Assembly (NCBI GenBank): GCA_002633005.1
Contig: NMRA01000402.1
Location: 369,284-413,202 of the forward strand
DNA from: Phoronis australis
Taxonomy: Eukaryota > Animalia > Phoronida
DNA: 43,919 nucleotides
Reading direction: 5' to 3'
The notes beneath the pieces were generated by a model. That model was not told the origin of the DNA. It saw only the letters and a program-made list of their open reading frames with translations, and did no database searches. Below, piece after piece: positions 11,122-24,393 of the stretch (position 1 is the first letter of the stretch; each line of letters begins with the position of its first letter). A program made the position numbers and the translations under genes.

Positions 11122-13168
11122 TCGCATGTTAACAGATTATTTTCGAGGTTAACTGCAGGTGCCATCACTACAGACTGAATCAAGCTGGAAAGAGGTATAA
11201 TAACTGGATGTACCATCTCTCCTACTCTGTTCATCATGGGGATGAATTTTCTGATAAAGGCCGGAGAAAGAGAATGTAGGGGTCCGAGGCTACAGTCCGG
11301 TATCGTGGTGCCTGTAATTAGAGCGTTTATTGATGACTTGACAATTGCTATGGTGACGCATAAGCAAGTTCGGTGGGTTTTGGCAGCACTAGATGAAGTT
11401 GCAACGTGGGCTCGTATGAAGTTTAAACCCAGGAAGTCGAGACTTCTGATAATGAGAGGCGAGAATATGGTCAACAGATTTAACTTTACCATTCAAGGAG
11501 AAGTAATTCCATCATTTGTTAACAACCCCATCAAGTGCCTAGGTAAGTGGTACGATGATCTCCTGTGCGACAAGAACAACATCAAGCAGATGGAGACCTA
11601 GGTGACGGAGTGGTTGAAGAGAATAGAGAAAAGTTGTCTTCCTGGCAAGTACAAGACATGGATTTACCAGCACGGGCTGTTACTTCGAGCAGCGTGGGGT
11701 TTTATGCTGTATGGCATCCCGATATCGGCAGTAGAGTGCCTGGAGTGAACAGTAAGCAAGTGGCTGAGGAAGTGGCTGTGTGTCCCAAGAAGCTTCACAC
11801 AGGTTGGTCTTTATTGTAGAACAACAGAGCTTCAGCTGCCTGTAGCGTCAATCACGGAGGAGTTTAAAGTAGGGAAGTGCAGGCTGGTTCTCAAATTACG
11901 CGACTCTAGAGATCCAAAGGTGAGGGATGGTGGTGTCGTGATGAGATTAGGGAGACGGGGGTCAGCAGACACATCGGTGAGTCAGGCGGAGAGTTTGTTA
12001 CAAATCAGAAATATAATTGGTAGCACCTGCGTAGGACGCCAGGGGTTGGGGAAACCCCAGTTCCAACAGTGGGCGAAGGCGAGTAAGAGGCAGCGGAGGG
12101 AGATGGTGCAAGCTGAGGTGAGAGCAGCAGAGGAGGAAGCCCGTAAAGCCAAGGCAGTCCAACTAAGCCAGCAGGGAGCATGGACTAGGTGAAATCTTCC
12201 AGAGAGGAAGATATCGTGGGCAGACGTTTGGAGTATGGAGCCAATGCGTGTCCAGTTTTTACTTCGCTCGGTTTACGACGTGTTACCATCGCCTGCAAAC
12301 CTTCTTCGCTGGGGGCTAGTGGATGACCCAGCCAGCCAGTTGTGTAGAGGAAGAGGTACATTGGCGCACATCTTATCAGGGTGCAAGATGGCACTGCAGC
12401 AAGGCCGATACAGATGGCGTCATGACCAAGTACTGAAGACCCTTGCAGACATCATACATGTAGATGGAGAGCGTAAGACAAGAGCAACTAAGCCTAGGGC
12501 AAGCAGACAGCTCATACAATTCGTCAGGGAAGGTGATACACGGAAGAAGTCACGTCAGCAGCCTTGCATCCTGGGTGGATTAAGCTGGGAAATGAGAGTA
12601 GATCTGGGAAGATATCCATCAATGTATAGTGATTATAGAGCTTACGGTGCCTTGGGAGGAAGGATGCGAAGAGGCCCATGAGAGGAAGTAGTCTAAATAG
12701 AGCGGGCTGGCGGAGATATGCAGAGCTCGAGGCTGGCGAACTTGGTTGTTTCCTGTAGAGGTGGGATGTAGAGGATTCCTTGCAAGATCTGTATGGTGAT
12801 TGATGGAGAAGCTTGGTGTGCGAGGGGGAAGGATTAAAGCTGCAGTGAGAAAACTGGGCGAGACAGCTGAGAGGACATCTTGTTGGCTGTGGTACCGTCG
12901 GAATGAAGGAAGTTGGAGGCCTCAGTGATGCACAGTGGGTTGGCCGCCACTGTGGACCCACCAGTTGAGACCGTTATGGTTTAGGGTCGAAACGAGTCAA
13001 AGAAGCTGGATGCCATCTGACGCCATTAAGCTACGCCTCCAACTAGTTAGTGTATGTCGGGTAGAAGAGAATCCTGGTTTAGCTGTTACGAAGAAGGGGC
13101 GACAAGACGTCAGACTGCATAGAAGCCTGACAACTATTGAGGCAGATAACATCACTTTAAGTACATAC
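11122..13168 (+). mobile_element. 5'-truncated Hero-like (R2 group, restriction-like endonuclease) non-LTR retrotransposon, pseudogenised
   Basis: RT motifs GIITGCTISPTLF, RAFIDDLTI, KFKPRKSR and PIKCLGK, then LPGKYKTWIYQHG, EEFKV and QGAWTR. A degenerate CCHC finger (SQLC...HILSGC) is followed by RYRWRHDQVL, ELTVPWEE...HERK and PVEVGCRGF. Possible TSD AGTGAG (11116-11121, 13169-13174). In-frame stops and frameshifts throughout. Confidence 0.88.
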
Positions 13169-13737
13169 AGTGAGACTACTCACAATTCTTAGTTAAGGCT
13201 AAGAGCTGTTCTCTAATTAGCTGGGGGATGAAATGTTTATCAATCGAAGTGTTCAAAATGTGAATGTTATTGGACCCTTTTTTGTCAAGAAACTTTAATC
13301 TAGAGAGACTAGGTGAGGTCTCAGGTGTGAAAACTGTCTCTATGAAAAACGTTTTAATACCATGACTTATGGGTATAACACAATCTCTCATAAAGGTACT
13401 TTGCTATAGAACTCATTGCCATCGGCACGTGCTCATGGAATATGAACTGGCCTTAAATGAATTTGCCACAATCGATGGAGATCTTTTTCCGGGAACTGCT
13501 CTTGCGGAAACTGCTACATGCACGTATGTCTACACACTCCGTAACACGCACACGTACTTTTAATTTTAAATTGATGTTTAGGTTTTGCATATTATCTGTG
13601 CTGTATAATTAGCGTGTAATTTACGTTTTCGTGGATTAAGTTTGTGAATTAAAAAAAAATATATCGCAAAATAACACTTGTGCTAATGTTTCATTAATAA
13701 AACTGACCGCCTGATCGACTTTTAAATAAAGTTTATT

Positions 13738-14829
13738 ACTCTGCGCGTGCAAGCGCAGAGTTTTACTGTTCTACGTACTTTATCTTCTTATTCTTATTCT
13801 CATTCTTCCTTCCTTTTCAGATTGTTATTACTCTTACATCGATTCATTATTAACAATTATCGTACATGTATTCCGTGAGGTTGATACAATAATCAAGGGA
13901 TTTCTATTGATGATATAGTTTTAACCCAAAATGCACCGGAATGGGTCAAGGAGTGCATTCAGTCAAAATGCTTCTCCTTCTACAGGTTTTTAGATGGACT
14001 CTTCAAATTTTGTTAACAAGTAGGCACTAGAGATCTGCATCCAATGATTACTTGGAAATCCAATCGGATCAAGGAAACCGAGTGTCCGAGTCAAAGGTCA
14101 TTAAGTGCAAAAGGGATTTTTGAGCTAAACCTTTCATAGTCACGCATATGATAAACATTCGTAAAGCTCACTCACAAACTTTGGGGTCACTAGGTGCAAC
14201 TTTGGGGTCATTAAGTGCAGTTTTTTTGTTAAATTTAAGACTTTCAATCAGTTCGACTTACAATGTATAATGCATTGGTGAGAGCGTTCATATTCATGGT
14301 GGTTCAACCAACTACCGATCAAATTCTATTGATCACATGGATTTGACTCAAAATGCACTGAAATGACCCGAAATGGGTAAAGGAGTGTATTCTGTCAAAT
14401 TGCTTCTTCTTCTATAGGTTTTTAGATAGACTCTCCGAATTTTGATAACAAGCAGACACTAGAGAAGTGCACCCGAACTTTACTTGGAAACTAAATCGGA
14501 TAAAGGGAACCGAGTTTCCAGGTCAAAGGTCATTAAGTGCAAAAGTGTTTTTGAGCTAGACCTTACATAATCACATAAATAGTTTTCATTCGTAAAGGAA
14601 ATTCCGCCACAATTTTGGGGCCATTCGGTGCAACTATGGGGTCATTAGGTGCAGTTTTCCGTTGACATTCTTATACTTCACTCGTGCTCTTTCATAGTTA
14701 CCAGGGACATCGCTGTTTTTCACATAAAAGATGCAACTTCTATGCAATGTAATGCACCTATACTTCACTATGCACGTGCATACACCACGCGCAGAGTTGC
14801 AAGTGCGCATACGGAATTGCGATCTAGTT
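13738..14829 (+). mobile_element. Helentron-associated (HINE/DINE-1-like) non-autonomous element, complete copy
   Basis: Terminal ACTCTGCGCGTG (13738-13749) is inverted at the subterminal position 14786-14797. It also has a 5' hairpin, a (CTTATT)n tract, internal ~430-bp tandem units, a 3' imperfect hairpin and a CTAGTT end, in a TT context. Confidence 0.75.
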
Positions 14830-15570
14830 ACTCTGCGCGTGCAAGCGCACAGTTTTACTGTTCCACGTATTTTGTCTTCTTATTATTATTTTTATTTCAG
14901 ACTTTTTCAATCAGCTCATACTTACATAATTTATTTTTAGAGCGTTCATAATCATAGTGTTTCAACCAAATGGCCAGTCAAACTCTGATGATCGTATGGA
15001 TGTTACCCAAAATGCACCGGAATGACCCAAAACTAGTCAAATAGTGCATTCCATCAAAATGCTTCTTCTCCTTCTTCAGAATTTTAGATAGACCCTTCGA
15101 ATTCTTTCAACAAGTAGGCACTAGAGAAATGCATCCAAAATTTACTTGGAATTTCAATCGCATCAACGGAATCGAGTTTCCGGGTCAAATGTCATTGACC
15201 AGAGTGTGAAAGGGATTTTGAGCTCAGTGGACCTTTCATAATCATGTATGTGATTTCCGTTTGAAAAAGAAATTCATTCACAATTTTTGCGGTCATTGGG
15301 TGCAAATATGGGTTCATTAATGGCAGCTTTCTGATTTTTTCAATCAGATCGTACTTATATATATGTTACATTAGGGAGAGTGTTCATATTTATGGTGGTT
15401 CAACCAAACTCGTTAACAGTAGTCTACGGTTCAACCAATTGCCGATCAAACACTACTGATAATATGGGTATGACCCAAAATGCAGGACTCTTATAGGGTC
15501 AACTGGTAGTTCAAATGCTTCTCCATCTGTAATTTTTTAGATTGCCTCTTCAAATTTCGTGAACAGCTTG
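14830..15570 (+). mobile_element. Second, 3'-truncated HINE-like copy in head-to-tail tandem
   Basis: Restarts ACTCTGCGCGTGCAAGCGCA directly after CTAGTT and contains the same internal unit (near 15058 and 15514). Confidence 0.72.
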
Positions 15571-18500
15571 GTGCCATTTCCCTGACTAAACAAAATACCC
15601 AAGCGCTCCCTAGAATGTACTTTTGTGTTAACTTTTACTTTTATCTTAGTCAAGATGCCTTTTTGGTTGGATGCTCAATAATCAGTAATGTAAAACGCAC
15701 GTTTTGAACAGACCGTCACAGTGCTGTTCATGGTGTCGCCATTGTTTGTTCATCACTGGAACCCACAGAACTTCTGGAAACAAAGAGTCGAGCGCATAGA
15801 AAACCTGAATTGGTGAGTCAACAATGTCCTCAGATGATTATTAAGAAACTTTATAGCATAAAACGTATCCGTATTTCATTTGATTTTCCATCATAAATAT
15901 TTGTAAAGTATTTTTCCCAAAAATTAAGAAAGATGTTGCCATTTATTAAAAAGTAAATTGCTGCTTCAGCAATTCTAGTTTCCGAAGCCTTTGTTTTTAC
16001 TAACTGCGAAATTTGACAAATGCGATGTAAGTTAACTCTCCCTCTCTCTCTCTCTTTAAGCGCATTTTAGCTAATTCTGCACTCACTCCTAACTTTTACT
16101 TTTTGGTAACGTTCGAGCTTACTGAAACCATTCCTTTGAGATATTTCATCGCCATTGACGAAAAGTTGTGAACTGGAGCTTGAACAAGGATGGTGTAAGG
16201 AAACATTTTTGTCAGTGTTTTGAATGACGCCGTCCACTACAAAAAGATCTCTGAAAAAGAATTTGAGAATGTTTGCTCTTTTTAATCACGAAAGTGTACT
16301 GTTCTGACACTCATGTTTTACATGAGCTTCCGGTGAATCGTATGAGCCTCTGTTAGCTACTCACTAGTCGCTAACGAATAACGGGCTATCGCAATTGCTG
16401 GTTAACTCTCGCCGGTTTTATGGGCTTTGCTGGTTCAATTCCCGGTTCTTGTAATTTCGGCTACTACCACACTCACAATTGACACTCCACAACTCGAGTC
16501 TATCCGTCATGCATTGCTCAGTCATACCTCGTTACTACGCCTAATTTATAGCGCTTGCTCGCTTGGCTTGTAGCTGTTCTATAAGCCACAAGTCCTGGGC
16601 CAACTTAACTTCATGTATGTTCAAATTGATTTGGTTACAGAAAACTTTGCTTACTACAAATATTTTAGAAGGGTCCCTGGTGGGTTCATGAATGGTAACG
16701 AAGTTTGACTGTACAAATTTTAATTTTAAGAATGTCACATCTTTTAGTATCAACTTTTCAGTTTGACTGCACTATGTAACTGTGGCACTTTTTCTCTTTC
16801 AGGTTTGCTAATAAATTGCCATTTGACTCAGTTGAGAGCTCACAAAGTTGTATTACTTGTTGTAGAAGCAGTTGTGTCTTTGACAGGTACAATAATATTT
16901 TGATTAGCATAATAGTTTGAACGTCTGCATCCTTCACATCTAGCTAGCAGTTTTTCAGCCTCATGTTTTGTGTTTCACTTCTTCCTGCAGTCTACTGCTA
17001 CATGTAGTTTTTTCCCATTAAGCTCTGGATCCTACATTAGATTCTAAGTAGGTAGTCGTGCAACGTATTGTTCTGTTACAGAGTAAGTTTAGTTCACGAT
17101 GCTGGAAGCAATGTATTATCAATCGTGAGAAACTAAGCAGTAATAACCGTCTCATTTAATACTATACAATCCTTATTTGTAATGTTAACCTGATTCTTTG
17201 TTTTTTTTTTCTTATTTGTTATGTACCATTTCAAATTAATGGAACATGACACATTCTGATTTAATGTGACAACACCATGAAAAGATAGAAACTTTTGTAA
17301 CTTGAGAAACTCACCCTAGAGAACGCTATTTTCGCAGAAAGTGGAATTTTCTTATTCCAAAGTCCATTCGGTCAAAATGTTGGCGGTACAGGCACGTGAA
17401 AATGTTGAACCCAATTTGATGAAAGTAGTTCTTTATCCCCGTCGCCAATATTGTTTTGTATACAGTAATGCAGCGATTTGATATTACACCTAATTACATT
17501 GGTTGGTAAAGAGACGGTATTTACATATAATAAAGGAATACTAACAATAGGTCTGTGGAATATAGTTAGAGAGTCTTTTATCACACTGAGTCAGAGTGGG
17601 GAGCTCAGGTGAGTCGCGTAAACAATCAACACATGGATTTAATGATGTGTGGTCGGCACACCAGAACAGCAGACAATAAATAAACCAACACTAAGCTCCG
17701 CCCACTGGCACGTGACGGCCATATTTGCTGTGATTGTCTGTTGTGCTTCACAAGTTCGCAAAAATGATTAAAATTACGCTGTAAAAAACAGGTATTTCGC
17801 ATTTTCTAAACTTGAAGTAAATATCAGCTTTTAAGTTATTTCTAGCACATTCACAAAAATTGGAACATAATGACTGCGCATTCTCAACAAATTTTGACTT
17901 CAAGTGGCAATCGATGCCCACTTAACTTCAAAGCCGTTTTCTTGGCTAGTGATTTCAGGGTAGTGACAAGTTTCTCAGGCCTATTTTTCCGCAACACATG
18001 GGTCAATTTTTACGAATTTTGCAAATTTGAAATCCTCTAGAACTGAAATAAAATCTCGTGCCAGGGTTTTTTGATACATGGAATAGATTTTTAGTTATTA
18101 GACGGAAAATCACCAAATGACAGAAAGTTGCGTGCTTGCCACAACTCCCACGCAAAAAATGCCACATGCATTTGACTCATATTCCACCATGCACAAATGG
18201 CGCATCGGTAACAATTAATACGCTTTTGCTCACCAGTGATTCATCGTTGCCGGTTGACATGTTATAAGACGACTTGTGCCAAAAGAGACGCTAGAGACGC
18301 TAGGCGATGTGTGTGTGAGTGTAATTCGCGACAGGCCAAATCACTAAATAGTGACCTGAGCTCAAGGCAACGCCCATCTCACACAGGATTGACAATACAA
18401 GGTCACGTGAGCATGACGCAGAATACTATGTCTTAGAATAGAGTTTCAACATCTAGAATAACAGCATAATTACATAAGGTTTACAATGAGCGACTTGACA

Positions 18501-18855
18501 AGTCTTACTTGGGATTTTAAATCACTAAGTGGAGCTCAGACTCCTGCTGCCTATGTCTAATCAATCCATGGTGTTATTCTGCTGTTCTAAGACAGCACTC
18601 TTCCTATCTTGCTGTCCATGCTTACATACTCCCTCTCAGGTGTCACTTTGACTGAACAGTGAGGATTTTTGTTAAAAGTATGCTCTTCTTGATATTATAT
18701 CTATCGTGTCTATTCTGCTATTCTAAGACGGTGTTGAGTCTATTGGTAACGCTATTCAATTTATTCTTTATCCGTTCGTTACCTGTACGTACCCGCGCTA
18801 TGGAATGAGTAACCTGATTGACTGGTCGGCAAGCCGGGATACAACAGCGTCGTTA

Positions 18856-19000
18856 CAATGGCGGATCTAGAGGGCGGTCAAGGGGTCCATGTACCCCTGA
18901 AATTCTATTTGGCAGTTTGGAAGTGCAAACGTCTGACGGGCAAAATGCTGGCTAAGACTCTGCCCTGGTCTTCCAACTCAAAATCCTAGATCCGCCCCTG
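18856..19000. mobile_element. hAT-like MITE (CAGGGGCGGATC-type TIR)
   Basis: CAATGGCGGATCTAG...CTAGATCCGCCCCTG. Flanks CGTCGTTA / CGTTGTCA match 6/8, consistent with a degenerate 8-bp TSD. Homologous to 21357-21514. Confidence 0.75.
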
Positions 19001-19617
19001 CGTTGTCAGTTTGACAGCGGCATGCCAATGATTACATAGTCCATCTCCCTTATTCTCTTCTTTTATCTGATCAGCTCACGTAACCCAGCAATTATGTTAC
19101 AAACAGCGCACCCATTTGCTGACCGATATTTAAAATACTGTTTGCAAACGACTTTCATCAAATGTCGTGAAGCAGGCGTGTTTTGTATTAAATAATTTTT
19201 CCAAAAACTTCGAAAGGAAAAAACGGTTGACTTGCAGAGAAATTAGACTTAACTTTCACTTCTGATTCATTTGGGTGATTGTAAGCTCTGACAAGCTTAA
19301 CCCCAGGATCATGTACCAACACAAAAGCTTGCGTCATATCGCTAAATCCTCGTGAGAGAACGCCTGGAGTTGAATCTAGACGGTCTTGGCTCAACAGTAA
19401 ACTGGAAACAAATCTATTCACTCGATTAATTTTTACTACCGATGACGCCAACGGTTTGATGATTAATTTATAGAGCTGCCTGAAGATAAATGGATCGCGT
19501 GTTTACCCGCACTTTTCAACGACATGTAAAAGTTTAAGAATTTAATTGTTCGTACAAATCTGATCTCAAACTTTCCTCTTTCATTAATGTCGACAAAGTT
19601 TTGGCCAAGATCCCTGT

Positions 19618-19944
19618 CAGAGGCGGATTTAGGGTAAGGGGGTAGCCCAGGGTGCCCGCCTTCCCCCTCCACCGTGGCTGCCGCCAAAAATATAACAGTA
19701 AGTCGAAATATTGATTTCATTAAATTACGCTAGCCCTGGCAATGAACATGCGGCTGAATCAAGACTTAGTAAATGCTCTCCTCTTATTTTTAGTCTCCCT
19801 TCCGTGTTGTGCCAAAAGCTGCACATTCTCAGGAATGGACCTCCCCTTACATTTTAGGCTGGGTGATCGCATGCTATCGTGTTTTGCTTGGTTGCCCGAG
19901 ACAACATGTTGCCCCCCCCTTATGATATCCTAAATCCGCCACTG
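19618..19944. mobile_element. hAT-like MITE with related TIR and different interior
   Basis: CAGAGGCGGATTTAGG...CCTAAATCCGCCACTG inverted termini; the TSD is not convincing. Confidence 0.7.
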
Positions 19945-21356
19945 ATCTTTCAAATTAGGTCCCAGGCAGCCCGACATTGCGGAAAATCGTCACAAGAGAG
20001 GCGGTAAAGCGGTTTCTCTGTCAACTAAGACTGACGTCAAAATCAATCTACAGTCAACATTTTCAAACTATTTTCATACGACAATAACGCAGACATGAGT
20101 AAAAAGTTACAATTTATCAGCAAAACTGCAAATTCATGGAACTTAAAATCTACAAGAACCTTACTCGAGAAATCTAGTGAGTAGCTCATTAGTTTTTTTT
20201 TCCGGTAAAGCAATTGTGAAGGGCCGTGTAGTTTTTTCGCTTACTACTGAACTATTAGCCACTTCAAAATGAATGGTGGGAAAAAGCAAAGTTGGTACAT
20301 ATTTGCTTTCAGTTTTTAGTGTTGGTTATTGTTAACGCAGATCTCAGAGTCGCGCACACGGCTTTGAGACTTAAGTCTCCCGAAACAAGATGACGCTCTT
20401 ATTAATTCCACCCGTGAGTTCGCACTGATGTTATAAACGAGAGTAGTTCTGCTTGCCTCGTCAGCTGTATAAGTATAATTATCTCTTTTATCACCCACAA
20501 GTGCGTGACTAGCAAAGCCTTTTCAATATTTAGTGCAGATACACCGCTGGTCGAAAGTAGCTTCCCGTTGAACGCGCTTCATGCACTCATGGATAGAGTA
20601 CAGGCAGGTTTTTGTGAAGGTTGAGCTAATTCTAACACCTTCGATACAGTTCTAGTCACTGGTCTATGTAATCTGAAGGAACGTCCCGATTTTGATTTCC
20701 ATAACGGCTATACTGAACGACCGTGTTTTGTGTTGGTTCTAGATGTTAAAGTCATATGATCCAATTTAAAACGTTTTAAAAACATACCGAATCTGCATAA
20801 AAAGCATTGAAACATACTCTATGGTACTTAATTAGAACTTTTCGTAAGTATGGGGTCGATCTACTGTCTGTTCATAATTTTTCTTTTATTTTTTATTTTC
20901 TTAAAATCTGCCTGATCAAAACAAACGAATGTTGCCCATGATGCTGTGCGGTTTGGCTTTTCGGCAACTCGAGAGAAATACATGTAGTCAGCTGTTTCCG
21001 GAGAAGAGAAGTTCGCCTTAACCTGGTAATTTATTCGTTTCTTGGATATTTTGATGACAATATTGCTACCTGTATGAGCTGAATAGTCTAACTATTACGC
21101 TTAGAATTAGATGAAACCATTATGCATTACCTGCGGGAAAATTACGTACCGAATTCGATAGTAATTGTTGTGTTCGAGAGGTACCCTAGCCAGTCAGCTA
21201 GCTGTAAGACTATCGTCCAAATACAGCTAGATACCACTTTGTGTTTTTCTTCCACAGACCCCGTTGAATTTCTACCTACTGGCATTTTTTCAGACTTTGG
21301 ACATGAATTTCCATAAGAAAAGCATCGTTTATCACCGGGACTCTATACTCTATTAG

Positions 21357-21514
21357 CAGGGGCGGATCCAGGATTTTGAGTTTGGGGGGAGTAGGGTAGA
21401 GTATTAGCCAGGATTTAATTCGCCAAACATTTGCACTCCCGAACTGCCAAATGAGATCTGGGAGAATTTTAGGGAGGCCAAGGCCCCCTTGGCCCCCCTC
21501 TAAGTCCACTACTG
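21357..21514. mobile_element. hAT-like MITE, inverted copy of the 18856-19000 family
   Basis: CAGGGGCGGATCCAGGATTTTGAGTT...TTTGCACTCCCGAACTGCCAAAT matches the reverse complement of 18856-19000. Confidence 0.72.
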
Positions 21515-22549
21515 ACAAGTCATCTAGCTAGTCCTCTTGAACACGAATCACTGGATCAGCTACATGTATGAAGCCTTGGATTGAATGCAAGCAAATTTGG
21601 AAGTGCTGGCAGACTGAAGCTTGTTGCGAGAAAAATGAGATCATACAAAACCGTGCGTGGGAGTGGACGCAACAAATGTGATGCCTGTTATTCAGTGGAG
21701 AAATCTGGTTCTCAAACTGCAGAACACTGGGAGTGGTCACATCATTACAGGACAATATACTATGTATGGGACCTCCTCAAAGGCAAAAGGGTATAGCCAA
21801 AGGCAGATTGGTAGGAGCATTAATAAAGGTCAAGCAGGTTAAATCTTGTATTATCTGTGGTATCGCCTCGATTGGGTAAATAAAGGGCTATGTACAGGGA
21901 AAGTTAATGAGAGTGCTTGCTTTTACCTTATGTACCCTTTCTTGGAATTTGAGTGTGTGACTAGGCCCTTGCAGTCTCACTTTATCAAGAACGCAATCGA
22001 CCAGTTTACATGGAAGAGGGCCTAAAGAGTGCTTCGAAAATCATCTATCCTTCTTGAATGTCAGCTGTTATCAGGCTTCTAGCATCAGTATTGGCAATTT
22101 AACGCAGGAACTAAATTTAATGTGTCTGGAAACAGCTAGAACACTGGAGTTTCAATTTTAGGTACACTCATACTTTTGCGAAAATGTGTACCCTATGGAA
22201 TGTATTGATCAATGTTATCTATGCACTGCGCAGATTGGAAATTTACATGATTAACATATTTTTAAAGTTTCATCGTAGTGTGCATCACCACTTCACCAAC
22301 AATAACAACAATACTCAAGCTACATTGAGAACATTATAGAGTACTGAGCCATTTGCAGAGGAATAGGCTTACATGTAGTTGGCAATTGATGTTCGGTCTC
22401 TTCACATGCTGGTACATGTTTGCTTGGAATTCAAGGCAAGAAACACTCTCGATTCTTAACGCAACAAAACCAGTTCTACATTACTTTTGTGTTATCAAGT
22501 CACTGTTATTGTCATGAGTAATCACACAAGTTTAATAGGTAAAAACTGG

Positions 22550-24393
22550 AAATCTGTAATAAAATACATTTGCTATATATCACTAAAATATGCCACATGA
22601 AATGCTATAAAATACACTGTCTTTTAAAAAATCATTAAAAATGTACCTCTGGCTTTTGAAGAACAACCAGTTTGAAGCTATGCTGACACCAACAAGAATG
22701 TTGGTGAAGACAACATTTCCCTTCATGTTGAGGTCATATTTAAGCTACAACTCAAAATTAATGTGGTTTGATTTTTTTCAGCCTCACATAAGTACAGGTG
22801 TACATGTATATCTGAGGATGAGGGCATTGTGTTCAACTTGCTGTGTCCATACTCACTGGGGTGGTAGGTATCACCAGCTGCGATTGTCATAATGGTGTAC
22901 CTGTGGCAGATGCTGGGGAGTGTCCACTATAGTAAAACGATCTACCTGTTTAAGAAAAAACCTGTCACCTGTATTTTGCCTGTGAGTATTTCTTATAAAG
23001 ACAGTTTTGGAAATCCAGATAAACACACTCACTATGCATACACGTGACTTTATGAAAGAAAACACTGTAGACATGACGCTTGGAATAACCTTATATCATT
23101 TTCCTTCCAAATCTCTGGCACAGGTCTTGAAATCAACATAAATGTTTCAGACAAATACCCAAAAATCAATATACAGTAGCAAATAAATTAATTATTTGAA
23201 AATATGTTCATAATTGTNTCAGTCGGCAAGTTTTCGCCCTGTGATGAGCACAATTTTTTGAAAAATTATCGTAATTTAACAACGGAAGTTGATAGCAATG
23301 CACCACAATTTTGTAGAAAGGCTGTCATAGGCTACCAATACGTCACAGAGCGTAAATTTGATGAATCCTAGCTTCCGATTTTACCCGTTTGGGAAACCGG
23401 GTTTCAACTGCCGTAGGCTCACTACAATAAGAGTCCCCTGCCCGTGAAATGAATTTTTCTAAGGGTTTGTTTGAGCCAATACAGTATACAGCTTTCCACC
23501 AAGGCTAGGTGATGCAAGACATTATTCTTTGTTGCATTATAGTAACTGGTCTTGGCTAATTATCATTTTATGGCCTGGTCATCCATTCAGCCAAAAGTAG
23601 TTCCAGAGGTGGCTTATCAGCCAATTATTCACGCATGCTGACTCACACTAGAAGCCTGATAAGAGTGAAGGTGGATAAATGCGGTGTTCCTACAGTTTCT
23701 TGTTTTAGTGGATGTGTTCACGACATGTGAAAATCTGTAATAAAATACATTTGCTATATATCACTAAAATATGCCACATGAAATGCTATAAAATACACTG
23801 TCTTTTAAAAAAATCATTAAAAATGTACCTCTGGCTTTTGAAGAACAACCAGTTTGAAGCTATGCTGACACCAACAAGAATGTTGGTGAAGACAACATTT
23901 ACCTTCATGTTGAGGTCATATTTAAGCTACAACTCAAAATTAATGTGGTTTGATTTTTTCAGCCTCACATAAGTACAGGTGTACATGTATATCTGAGGAT
24001 GAGGGCATTGTATTCAACTTGCTGTGTCCATACTCACTGGGGTGGTAGGTATCACCAGCTGTGATTGTCATAATGGTGTACCTGTGGCAGATGCTGGGGA
24101 GTGTCCACTATAGTAAAACGATCTACCTGTTTAAGAAAAAACCTGTCACATGTATTTTGCCTGTGAGTATTTCTTATAAAGACAGTTTTGGAAATCCAGA
24201 TAAGCACACTCACTATGCATACACGCGACTTTATAAAAGAAAACACTGTTGACATGACGCTTGGAATAACCTTATATCATTTTTCTTCCAAATCTCTGGC
24301 ACAGGTCTTGAAATCAACATAAATGTTTCAGACAAATACCCAAAAGTCAATATAGCAAATACATTAATTATTTGAAAATATGTTCATAATTGT
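22550..24393. repeat. Near-identical ~665-bp direct duplication (22550-23217 and 23731-24393), probably uncollapsed haplotypes
   Basis: Only scattered SNPs and indels separate the copies, and the first copy ends exactly at the single N at 23218. Confidence 0.85.

Larger units (their letters stand above)
8090..13737 (+). mobile_element. Decayed CR1/L2-group non-LTR retrotransposon, split by nested insertions
   Basis: APE endonuclease remnants NIIFIHININS, CETKL, QFSIPNY (8120-8330) resume as KRRLELE...VEYLLLELVI, ILGDMN, VKEPTCFK (9340-9640). Post-RT remnants LGVRLDSHLKFHDHV and EKIQLRALKYVFN lie at 10800-11110. The C-terminal CSCGNC is near 13500, with an AATAAAGTTTATT end at about 13737. 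Many stops and frameshifts; the RT core is missing. Confidence 0.85.

Noticed and set aside
12960-13025. Hammerhead ribozyme in the Hero-like 3' UTR
   Set aside because: A stem followed by GAAAC is present, but no CUGANGA precedes the stem.
17372-17584. Possible Penelope GIY-YIG fragment (NVIRC...NNIGD)
   Set aside because: Similarity is too weak and no adjacent RT remnant is visible.
21560-21950. Transposase-like peptide CVGVDATNVMPVIQW
   Set aside because: A single short motif amid stops and frameshifts; cannot be assigned without a search.
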